Both the position numbers and the translations under genes were made by a program. Of a DNA stretch of 64,000 bases, positions 12,124-23,194 are shown in pieces. This stretch comes from Rhodosorus marinus CCMP1338 (taxonomy: Eukaryota > Plantae > Rhodophyta). A model generated the notes under the pieces. The model searched no databases. It had not been told where the DNA came from and saw only the letters and a list, made by a program, of their open reading frames with translations. Position 1 is the first letter of the stretch. Each line of letters opens with the position of its first letter. Where the stretch lies: the NCBI GenBank assembly GCA_029953675.1, contig JAMWBK010000006.1:248001-312000 (forward strand). The letters are read 5' to 3'.

Positions 12124-12876
12124 CTATACACTGAAGCTTTCACCGCACCCACAAGTCCCCTGGAAATGAAACGTAATCCTTTTTGAGTTGACCCCTTGCC
12201 CAGGCGGAAGCGACTCTCAGGCGTGGTGATTTGCGAGTACGTACCTTCGCGTTCGGATTGGAAAACACAAACTCCGAGGTCAGCTCCGTGTCCACAAAGT
12301 CCATTTTCGTTCCGACTACGTGCATCAGAGCTCGTGGGTCAATGAAAACCGTCACCCCTTTGTCGCTGACAATCTCGTCAAACTCCGCTCTACACACGAA
12401 AGATGCAGCGAAATTTCAGCTATAAATTCCTCAAAAAGCAAAGAAAACACTGTGTGGGGGCTTATGGAGGCCGTGTATTTTAAGACCTACCTTTTGTTCT
12501 CATCTACATAATTCAAGGTATAAGACATTCCATTGCACCCCCGGTGTCTGAGTCCTACTCGTACTCCTGCCGGAAGAAAACAAAGCATCTCCTGTATTAG
12601 TATCGCAAACGCGGATTTTCAAACCGCTGGAGAACAACTTACCCACTGGCTCGGGAATCTTTCTACCGAGGAGCGCTCGAATCCTTTCCGCAGCTCTATC
12701 CGTCTAATCACGCAGACGTACACAAAAACCAAACAAGAAGCAATACACCAGTCAGACACAGAAACAGGCACATCCACAAGAAAAACAAGACCGAGAAGGA
12801 AAATCCTTACAATTTCCAATGCAGCCTTTCTCGTCCTTGGAGCGTTAGCCGCAACCAATACTCGAGCAGAACCCAT
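12124..12876 (-). CDS. ISA1: Iron-sulfur cluster assembly protein IscA/Isa1 (HesB family), probably mitochondrial, 127 aa
   Basis: Exons 12876-12811, 12703-12643, 12566-12491, 12389-12245, 12159-12124. Motifs RGCNGMSYTLNY, VFIDPRALMHVVGTKMDF and NPNAKGTCGCGESF. Confidence 0.95.
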
Positions 12877-13056
12877 CCCCTCTTTCCAACCGCGAAAAAA
12901 AAACCAAAAAGGATCAAAACCCCAATCAACCAACCACTTCTCTCACTCACACGAAACAATCGGACTTCCCTTTCAAAATAATCAAAAACACCTTAAAATC
13001 CTCAAGTCCTCGCATCTCATCACAACCTACAGAACAACCTCCAACCCACTCTCCAT

Positions 13057-13213
13057 CCCCAAAACCTTCCCCCAAACTTCCTCTCCCCTTTCCTCTTCTC
13101 AAACCTTCCCCAACATTCTTCTCATCCCCTCTCCCTTCCCCAAACCTTCCCCAACCTTCCTCTCCTCCCCTTTACCCTCCCCAAACCTTCCCCAGCCTTC
13201 CCCAAACCCTCCC
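13057..13213. repeat. Degenerate C-rich minisatellite, unit about CCCCAAACCTT
   Basis: About 8-9 imperfect copies of cccc(a)aaccttc upstream of ISA1. Confidence 0.65.
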
Positions 13214-16200
13214 TGAACATATAAAGAGCAAAAAAAAAAGGTTCAGCTCTTCCCCATCATCGCATTTCCAACTACTAAAAAACTAGTTGGCGTTCCACAT
13301 CAAACGCAACTCTTGTCCCCTTTCAAACAAAAAAACAACACGATGAATAGAAAACAAAAAACAATTTCCATGCAATGCTTCCATCCCACAAACATCATCC
13401 ATACATAAAATATTCCTATTATTCATTAATCGTATTCGTTCATCGACAATCCAATCTTCTATAGACATACCGAAAATAGTTTTTATAATATCATATATCT
13501 AGTAAAATATTCACTATACATAAAATATTAGCCTAATATCGTTAATAAAATAGTGCTTTAATTATTTGTTTATTTATACTCTATATAATATTTGAATAAT
13601 GAAGTATTTTATCGGCTTGTCTGCATGGAAGATAACAAATGAACTTATATGAGTTCCCCGTCGAAACTTCTTCTCGATATGTCATAGTATCATGTAAAGC
13701 TTCTATATTATATATATAATAATAAAATATCTATTAAATATATTACTTATATATTCTGGACACTGGGAGTTTCCGGTCATCATTGGAGGACGGGAAATTC
13801 AGTCATTACTGCTCGAACAATAGTTGATGTAGGAATGCCCAGAACATCGGATGTGAAGTTGCCAGGTACTTATGTCGTTCTCCTTCATTCCACCTCAGTA
13901 CGAACTCAGTGGATAATTTCTGAATGGCGACTTCAGTGATATGTCACCTCCCATCTAGGAGTATGCCGTGGGCTGCTCGGATGACAAGAATAAGTAGTAG
14001 CTGGTTCCGTTGTTACTTGGTGGATATGCACCTATCGCCCCATGCATCGGAATAGCGGTTTCAGCACCTTGACTAATGTCGAAGACAGCGCCAGGAACCG
14101 CACATCCCGGTTTGTGACGGTAAGTCAGGGTTGCCCATTAGAAGTGCATCTGCGTAGACGTGAACCTGTTTCGTCATGACAACCCGCGGCAGCGGACAAC
14201 GCAACATCGTGCATTGGGGTTATCCGAACGAATGATGTAGAAATCCCGGATTTAGTTCATGTCTAACAACCAAAATCTCCTTAATGGGAAGATTTAGATT
14301 ATAAATTTTGTTGAACGGGGTATCGACGAACATTTTAAATGCAATTCCGTCGGGAAGGTTTCGTCAACGAGTGGCAGTTCGTTGATTCCTTTTGCTAAAA
14401 CCTCTTCCTCGCACTATGAAGTTACGCTCAAACCGTCGAACGACTTCACGGTTTTCACTCTGAATTCTCAAGTTCCAAGAATTAACAAATTTTCTCATGC
14501 ATAATTCCTTTTGTCTAAGTCACTCTTGATCTTGCTCTTCTACTACTTTACCACTACACCATGCTCGCTCGGACTCAGGCTCTTCTCTTGCTTCCCCAGG
14601 TCCGATCAAATACGATTATTACTACAAATTTTGTAGAGTATGACAGCTTGTCACTACATGAAACTATCAGAATTCGGTATTGAATGCTCCAGATCCTGAA
14701 CACCAACTGCCTGTTTTTACATTTCGTATTTATTTTGACAGTCTGTGTTCCGTTCACATGTTAGGTTGCTTAGACGGCTGTTCGCGGGATTGCCTTTGCA
14801 GCTGAGTAGGTCTAGAAGCTTGCTTTGAACGACTGCTTAGAAAACAGAGTCCATTCGGGAGCTTACGTGAACAGATTGGGTGTTTTGCCTTCATCTCGAT
14901 ACCATGTTGTTCGTTGTTACCTGAATCAACACGGGCGTGGGAGTCGAGTCGCTTCGAATCGATTCGGGATTGGACTCTTGTGGATGGAATGATATGAAAA
15001 ACTGATGTAGGATAGGATTACAGGCTCGAGATACTCGAAAACCTCGAGTTTCTGACAATCCGCAGGTTGAGAGAACACTCTCGCTGACGTTGCTAGTCGT
15101 CTTCTCCGAGAACGAATCCATGGAACATGCGAAATTATGAGTTTTTTCCCCATAAAGCAAAGAGAACAGGGCGCGTACAAAAATTGACAAGATTCACTTA
15201 ACGATCATCCACGGACCGCCAATAAGAGCAGAGATTTCCCAGTAGAGGCCTCCCAACTCGAGCTTTCGACTACCAGAGCTGCAAGCCCCTCTACGTTCAC
15301 GCGGAGATATAAAGCTCACAAAAAAAAAGGAGTATACAGCACACGTTTATAGCCTTGACCATCAACCCTAATCATCCCAGCACAACAACTCATTCCCAAC
15401 TTCATGTCCCCAAGCATCCACATCATTCCTCCACTTCAGGGTAGGATTCAACCTCCCGAAGATGCTCGAAATCCCCCCTCCCCCCCAAAAAAATCTCAAC
15501 GGAAAACCTGTCCACATTAAAATTCACCATACAAATGACATGTTAAACAGTAATATATGATATAAACGATAAGTGTACTTTTCCTCCGTTAAATGGGAAT
15601 TTCGAGCACATTACAAATATGCCGTTTCATATCTGCGATTTGTTTTAATTCCTTTTTTTTTATGTCTTTTGGCATCGCCGATCTACTAAGGAGAATGGGT
15701 AAAAAGGGGGTGGGAGGGGAGGGGGGAGGGAGCTGAGAGAAACCAAAGGTCGAAAAGACCTGGTGAAAGTTGACCAGCGATGAACGACTGAGACTTGATC
15801 ATCCCACACAAAAGCATTCGATCAATGGCTTCACTAAACCAGGAATTATCGAGAGATACTGTATGGGTTTGCACTGGGAACCAAATAGGAGGTATCAAAA
15901 CTTTAGCCAGTCTAGGTTACGTTCATTCTGCATGGCGGCCTACCCACCTAAGGCAAACCTGGTAGGGATTGAGTTGTTGGGATTGACTATGTTTTTCGCT
16001 TGGGGGGTTATGATGAGAGTGGTCTTCTGGGTTTGTGAATGTGTTTATGTGTATTGGAAGTGGAGAGATTGAGGATTTCTTTCGGATGTCTCTAGATTTT
16101 TGGTTTTGGGGAAGGAGAGCGGATCGGTTTTTTGAGGTTGCTGGCGTTGTGTCTTCAGTGAGAAACTGCTCTGGTTTGTTTTGGTTGTGTGAGGAGAAGC

Positions 16201-16366
16201 TTTTTGGGTACGGGGTTGGGTGAGGCTTTGCGACTTGCGAGGTCTTGGGCTGAGAGTCTTGTGGTTTGGTTGGGTTGAGATTTGTCTCTTTGATTGTTAG
16301 ACTCTCGTCGTGGTGCTTTTACTTGTTGGAGTATTTGGAGGTGTTCTAGGACGTGAAACAAAGGGA

Positions 16367-17447
16367 ATGGATTTGACGTGTGGCTTTTTACCTGGTATCG
16401 CGCCCGTCGGCCGTTTGAGAAGGCTTGGGGTTTGCTCCGTAGTTTCGTCCAGGGATGGGGAAAGTGCTTTAGAAATGTCAAAATCTGATCGCAGAGCACA
16501 GGTGAAGCAAGAGCTGAGAGAGAAGATCCAAATTGCTCGTAAAGAGCAAAGGTGAGCAGATGCTTTCTTCTTTTGGGTACTCTTCTCATCGCGTGCTGAG
16601 TTGCAGAGTTCCTTAAATCCATAGGGTGGTCAGAAACGCTCCTGCTACCAACGTCAACCTCCGGAAGGAACTGGAACAAGACATCGTGAGCACCATCGAG
16701 GAACTTGAGAGTCTGGCTCCATACGCAAAGCCGCTGATAGAGAATCCAGGCCTGATTGATGGAATTTGGAGAACCCTATATTCTGACGCGCGTGAGATAT
16801 CCTTCTTAGCAAAACTTCCTGGTGGATTCAAATGTGGGCAGGTTCTTCAGGTACGCCAACTGCAGACACTAGGGCATCGCGAGCACAACTTGATTTGTCC
16901 AATCTGAACCGTCTCCTTGCCGCACGCAGGTCATTGACCTAGCAAACTCCAAATTCTTTAATATCGCTGTGATCGTTCATAGCACAGGGCTGCTGAAAGG
17001 CTTTGTGAGAGTAAGCGCGATTTTTACCCCTGCGCCAAACCGCTCGTTGGTCAAGAAAAGAGGCGTGTTCCAACTAGATGGAAACCTTATCCTGATCCAG
17101 TTTAAACTGAGATCATACCATCTTGCTAGACTGGCAATCTTCCCAAACATCTTCAAGAAGCAACCAATCCAGGTAGTCGATCATGGTCAAACAGCTTTGA
17201 CGGATGTCTTGGACGTTACAAGAAGCTGCTCTCTAAGGCATGGATACTATTGTGTTCTCACTAGGCTGTGAACGCCAACGATGGGGGGGGTTACAGAGTT
17301 CCGTCGCTCTTGCTAACGTATATTGATGAGGAAATCCGTGTTGGAAGATCAGCCGATGGAAGAATTTTCCTGCTGGAGAAGATTGAGAAGATTCCCTGGG
17401 GTACGAGTCTCCCGAAGGGGATATTCGATAAGACTGACGGCTTCTAG
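16367..17447 (+). CDS. Plastid lipid-associated protein / PAP-fibrillin family, 278 aa
   Basis: join(16367-16551,16625-16850,16930-17172,17265-17447). Motifs IEELESLAP..LIDGIWRTLYS and the C-terminal LTYIDEEIRVGRSADGRIFLL. Transit-peptide-like N-terminus. Confidence 0.85.
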
Positions 17448-17880
17448 CTTGGGGCGGTGTTAAGAGGCTCAATGCCCTTACGTCGAAGCGATTTCATTCG
17501 AGAGACCTCTGACCCAGAGTTTAGTGTTTCGAATGAAGGTCTTGCATAGTCGACTCCGTTGAGTACTATGTTGCCTGAGGCCTTCTGAATGAACCGTATC
17601 TTCATTACGGGAAGGACGTTTTCCCATTGTTTTCAAGGAAATGGTTAGCTGTGGAGGGAAGAAAGGATCATCCTACGGATGTCCACACATCAGCCTGGTG
17701 AGAAGTGACGCTGGCGGTGAACCACGGGGTGCAGGTTTTCTGTCTTTGGATGGGGTGGGTGGTCAGTCGCCTTGCTACAAAGCTGCATGTCGTGGAATGT
17801 CTGGATTGAGGCACGATAAACATAGTGTATTGTTTTTTTTCTGGTGGAGAGGTTCCTCTAGTAAGTTTACACGAATTCAT

Positions 17881-18609
17881 TTAGGTAGATGCGAAATCCA
17901 ATTCCATCAGCTTATAGTCGCAGTCTTCCATTCCAACCTTGAGGTACACGCTTCGAGCTGTGTGATTTTCAGGGGCGTGATACCTACATGTCGGGGAAAT
18001 CACAATGAGGACGGGTTCAGTTGAAATGGTTGCGGGGAACGGGCTCTTGAATCGATCGATTACGTACAATCGGACCCCAGCTACTCCTTCTGTTGCCTTT
18101 GCGTCATCCCTAATCTTCTGATATATCGCTCTCCATACTCCTTTGTTCCTAAACTTCTTAATTACGTAGACGTCCTGAATCCACCAGAAGAGTCCGTTTC
18201 TCCAGTCCGACCATTCATAAGTTACTCCCGACATGCCAGCAGGCTCACCATCCACATCCGCCACCAAGTAAAACCTGAGCATTTTAGATATCGTGCACCA
18301 TCAATCAGAGATGTGGAACGCTTTTTCACTAGTCTATCCGAGATCCAAGCACGCGTTCCTACCCTAGAGAAGGATTGTCCATCATGTGCTTGACGCCCTT
18401 CTGAACTGTTTCAGGATCAAGAATTTTCTCCTCCGTCTCCTTCGCCTAACAGTAAAATACACCAAGAAACACCATTTCAAAGTTAAGAGCTCAGAACCAC
18501 CATTCCGAAACAACATCAAAAAACACAACTCGCTCACCATTACTACTTGAAAGTCCGCCAAGAGCTCAAACTCTTCCGGCTTGGGCTTACGAAGGGTAAT
18601 CGTTACCAT
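17881..18609 (-). CDS. GNAT-family N-acetyltransferase, 154 aa
   Basis: Exons 18609-18538, 18445-18363, 18274-18068, 17983-17881. Motifs VTYEWSDWRNGLFWWIQDVYV, acetyl-CoA loop KFRNKGVWRAI, and ENHTARSVYLKVGM. Confidence 0.9.
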
Positions 18610-20744
18610 CTTTCAAGTTCTAGAAAGCTTCTCAAACTTCTCAAACATCACAATCCCAGATTCTTGTTGCATGCGCGTAATCCCTATCATTATCATCTAC
18701 CGTAGTACTACGGTCGCGCCTCCGCCTCCATCTCAAACAACAGGAAATGGCATCCGATCCCACCGGTCTGTTAGACTGAGTTTCATTGTCATGCTGGGGT
18801 TGCTCATCGTCTTCTCTGGAGGACGTCCATCGGAATGGAGCTATCTTCCATTCGTAAATAGCTCGCAATACAGTGAATCAACGATCCGATTTTAATCAGC
18901 TTCTCAGCGTATCCCAAATAAACCTCAATGTCACTTGGTAGTGGCTGGCGTCCAGCGTGTAGATTCATAAGGAAGAGAAGGGGGCAGGAGATGGGAGATC
19001 AGTTCATCAAGCGTCCCATTCTGAGTACATTGATATCGGTAGAATCGGAATCGGCATGGAATGGTCGATATCCGATAGAAAGAATGAGCACGGCATGAGC
19101 ATACGTGAATCGTTGATCTTCGAGCAATCTAGAATGAAATTTGAAGGGGGAAGAGTTTAAGGATTATAGGAATCTGGTTCCCGTGGGGCTTTTCCCATCG
19201 CCCGCATGTACTCGCCGTACTTTTTTAAGTCAAGATAGTGACAATGAGAGGCGCTTGAAGGGCCACAGTTCCTTATTCTCTATCGCCGCTTGAGATATAG
19301 GTATGGCCTAAAGGCCCAATGATAGCTCGTGAATTCTGTGCTTCTGGAATAGTGGGGTCTTGGGTAAGCGTGAAAGCCTGGTCACCATTCAACCCAATTC
19401 GATCTCATCAGGTTTTTTGGCTGAACTAGTGTGTCGTCTGCGTCTCAGCTGCATACAGCTCCGCTCTTGTGAATGGCTAGCGAATCAACATGTTGCAAGT
19501 GGCCACTGTTGCCAAAGCTCGTTTTCAGATCCTAAAAGGGCCCCTAGCTCCTTGGTCTTGCTTTGGGCCAGGTAACTTTGCCATTAGCTTGAACACTGAG
19601 CTTCCCATGCAAGTGTCACCGAACCCAGCATGATGTTCTCAAGCAAAGTGACCGACGTCCTTGGTCAGAGAAGTTTACGAAATCACCCTCATCGTCCCAA
19701 TGGAAATGAGGCTCTTTGGCTGATACCATTTACAGCTTTCCGTTCTCGCGCACCGAAACTTTTCATTTGCTACATCAGCAAACTTGTCCCAGTTCAGCGC
19801 GTACTTTCTCTAGGGCTCACGACATGTATAATGGACAAGTTTTACCGGCCGAATGGCTATGAGGATGAAGCTGGTACATCAGAAATGTGCACCCGGTGAG
19901 TGACGGGTTTGGTTCCGCTGCCCAAGAGTCTGGATTTTGAACTGAGGAAGCGCCCCGCAGGTGGATTTGGTCTTGCAGCTCACGAATGCAGTAGCACCAT
20001 CTAAGGACTTGCAAGAAACGTAAAAAGTGGTCGCATATCGATTGCATCGAAGGTGTTAAAAGCAGCAATCTCCGATATAGTGAGCTGAGGTGACAGTTTC
20101 CCCTTCTTGACAAAACCACAACTACACAACCAGACGTCATGAAACAACGAACGGACACTTCTTGTGTCTACGTTACACACACACGGCAACCAAAACAAAA
20201 AAAAAGGAAAAGTGCAAGCGCGCCCATATCCACATACAATGAAGAATGCCTTTCCCCACAGCGAAAATATCAAAACTAAATAAAAAAAGAGAAACCGCCT
20301 CCAAAGCCTCCATCCATCAAAAGAAAATTGACGCTCCCCCCAAAACAGCAAATCCGGTCGAAAAAGGAGTAGAGAAGACACTTCAGAACAGAAATCTGAC
20401 AATCCTCAATCCTTTTGCAGAAACCTCCGGAAGCCTCGATCTGTATACCAAACACTACCATCAGCGTCTTTTTTAGCTAACAAAACAGATCCATAACCCC
20501 TCCTTCCGCCCTGCCATCCCCCACTCTCGGCCCCCGCACTCTCTGCCAGCCTTCTCGCCAATCAAAGCTACAATCAACTTCTACGAAGCTGACACTAATA
20601 ATGCACGAATACATGAATCCAAAATCTTTCTACTCTTATTGGTTTTTCCTTTTAAGAATAATAAATTCATTTATTTCTATTTTCTATAACGAGCAACATG
20701 ACTACCCTTTTTTATTGGAACAAGAGTTTTCATACACGTTCTTC

Positions 20745-20776
20745 TATTGGATAATTAGAAAATTTATTATCCAATA
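20745..20776. promoter_or_regulatory. Inverted pair of CCAAT boxes (11-bp arms) in an AT-rich promoter island
   Basis: tattggataat-(10 nt)-attatccaata, upstream of the YeeE gene. Function is inferred. Confidence 0.4.
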
Positions 20777-21554
20777 ATTATCCTCTAAAAGTTGCTTTCG
20801 CACCTCCAGCTGATTGTCTTCAGAATTCAACCAAAAAGCAATTGAGAGGTCAAATAGTGTCATCAATTTACGAACGTGCCTGCAAAACAATTAAAAACAG
20901 AAAAACGGCGAGAGTACGGATTTCGAACCCCAAAAATAACTTTTTCAACGATCAAAAACGTTGACGACAACATTTTAGGATCTGTTTTAAGAACAACGTA
21001 CCTAATAGTCAATATTTAGTCAAAATATGTAATACCACATTTTACAGTACAAAAAGTAATATACCGTATATACATTTTAAAATAGCCATTTTTCTCATCA
21101 AAAGATCTTTTTTATGGTATAAAACCGAACTAATCGTTTTTATGTTGAGAATCTATTATTAGGAGAATTACTTTAATAATAAACATATTGGTCTAAATTT
21201 TGGTACAATTGTTTTTTGCATTGTTTACCGAAGATGTTCTTGATAGGGTGCCTTATTATATTGAAGATAATTTTTGGTTGTGTACAACGGACTTTTTTTG
21301 GCCGATGGCGTCTGTCGGTTAGAGCGGGCCGAGATAGTTCTTGGGTTGGGGGGGCGTAGTATAGAGTTTAAGTGTGCTAGGTCACTGCTTTCGCGGTCGA
21401 CTATATAAAAACGGTCTGAGTAATGGATGATGAGGAGGTGTGGGAGGCGGAGGTGAGATGGTCTATGTACAGGTAGTATAAAGCCTGGTGGACGTGGTAG
21501 GATTTTCTGCTTTGTATATATTCGTGTGTTTCGGTTTTGGCTTTGTTGCCTATC

Positions 21555-22553
21555 ATGAAGATTGACTGGGTGGGAGGACTGCTAGGCGGTGGCTTGATGG
21601 CAGTTGCGACGTCGTCGTTTCTGGCGTTGACCGGGAGACTGATTGGATTGAGTGGGATTTTCTCGGGTGTGTCGAAACCTTCTGTGAGCGGGTTCTCATG
21701 GAAGGCGTCGTTTACTTCTGGACTGCTGTTGGGGTCCGTGGTGACGCAGATGCAGACCAGAGGTGATTGGATTCTCTTGCCATTCAATGGAACGTTTCCA
21801 TCATGGTTTGCATATATTGCGGGTGGCTTCCTCGTTGGATTTGGGACCAGGCTCGCAAATGGATGTACTTCTGGTCATGGCCTGTGTGGGATTGCGCGAT
21901 TCTCCGTGAGGTCGACCCTGGCGACGATTACCTTTTTGGGTACAGGAATTGTTACGGCAACAATGATCGATGCGCTCGGAGGAGGACCTTTTCGTAATTT
22001 GCCGGGCGCTTTTGACCAGTCTCACGACTATCTGAGATGGTTTGCAGCGGCCAGTGCATTTGGTCTGCTCGTCAGGTCGGTGTGGCGGTCAAGGGGCGAC
22101 GGAAATTCTCTTATCAACGTAATCGTGCCCTTCGGAGCCGGGGCAACTTTTGGAGCTGGCCTAATGGTGTCAGCCATGCCCACCCCCGAGAAGCTTCTTG
22201 GTTTTCTGACAATGACGAATTTTGAGACTTGGGATGCGACGCTTATGGCTGTGTTCGCTACCGGTGTAGCGCTCAACTCGATTTTCTTTAAGTTGATTCT
22301 CAGCAGCTTGGAAAGGCCCGTTCTTGCAGAGACGGATGAGGAAGCCAAATTCGAAATCCCCGCAAACAACTATGACATCACCAGAAAACTCATTCTTGGC
22401 TCTATCATGTTCGGAGGTGGTATGGGAATAAGCGGTGCCTGCCCTGGGCCAGGAGGCGTCCTCATGGCCATGGGCATGCCTAAAGGATGGGCATTCACGA
22501 TTTCCATGTACGCGGGCTTCGAAGCTGTTTCTAGACTCCAGAAGATTCTCTAG
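21555..22553 (+). CDS. YeeE/YedE-family sulfur/thiosulfate transporter (two-repeat membrane protein), intronless, 332 aa
   Basis: Single ORF with about 8-9 Gly-rich TM helices. Signature motifs GRLIGLSGI, GFGTRLANGCTSGHGLCGIARFSVRS and GISGACPGP. Confidence 0.92.
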   Translation: MKIDWVGGLLGGGLMAVATSSFLALTGRLIGLSGIFSGVSKPSVSGFSWKASFTSGLLLGSVVTQMQTRGDWILLPFNGTFPSWFAYIAGGFLVGFGTRLANGCTSGHGLCGIARFSVRSTLATITFLGTGIVTATMIDALGGGPFRNLPGAFDQSHDYLRWFAAASAFGLLVRSVWRSRGDGNSLINVIVPFGAGATFGAGLMVSAMPTPEKLLGFLTMTNFETWDATLMAVFATGVALNSIFFKLILSSLERPVLAETDEEAKFEIPANNYDITRKLILGSIMFGGGMGISGACPGPGGVLMAMGMPKGWAFTISMYAGFEAVSRLQKIL

Positions 22554-23194
22554 CTCCTTTCACATAGTGATATATGTAACTTTTAATATAGCGTAAACAA
22601 AGACTTTCTCAGAAACCCCCGCACTTGCGAGAAACTTGAGTGTACTCTCAACAATACGTAGTGCTGAATAGGAACAACGCCCGCAGCCTTCCCGGAAGCC
22701 GCAAGCTGCTTTTGGGAAGAGCCAGAATTGGGATGGGAGAACCCGGAGCAACAGTCCAAAACGAACTCTGGTCCTCATTGACGTATTAATTATCCTCTAC
22801 TAGGTTTTGGAATCTGATCAAGGAAGTTCTTAACCGTGAGAGTGTTAAACCTGAAATAGCAACGACTTTCACACTACCTGCGGGTTTACTCTGGTAGCAA
22901 GCAAAATCATTAAAAAAGTGATCGCATCAAAACCAATGTGAGGATGCAGCGATCAGACGTTCAGGAATTTCAGGAATTCAAGAAAATCTATGAGTTGGTC
23001 GACGGGTACCGGCGACAAGCTAAGCTGGCCAAGCCCGCTGTTCAGGAACATTACATCGCCGCGGATGGCAAAACGTTGGCCTGAGACACTGTCAGGCGTT
23101 AAAATCCGGTACTGAATGTGCTGCGCAATTTGAGCTCAGGGAACACGAGCAATCGGGTCAGATCCAAGAAAAGGGACCCGAAGCTGTCCATCGC

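Noticed and set aside
20905-20935. GTTCGAAATCC on the - strand resembling a tRNA T-loop
   Set aside because: Extra base, and no D-arm, anticodon arm or acceptor stem.
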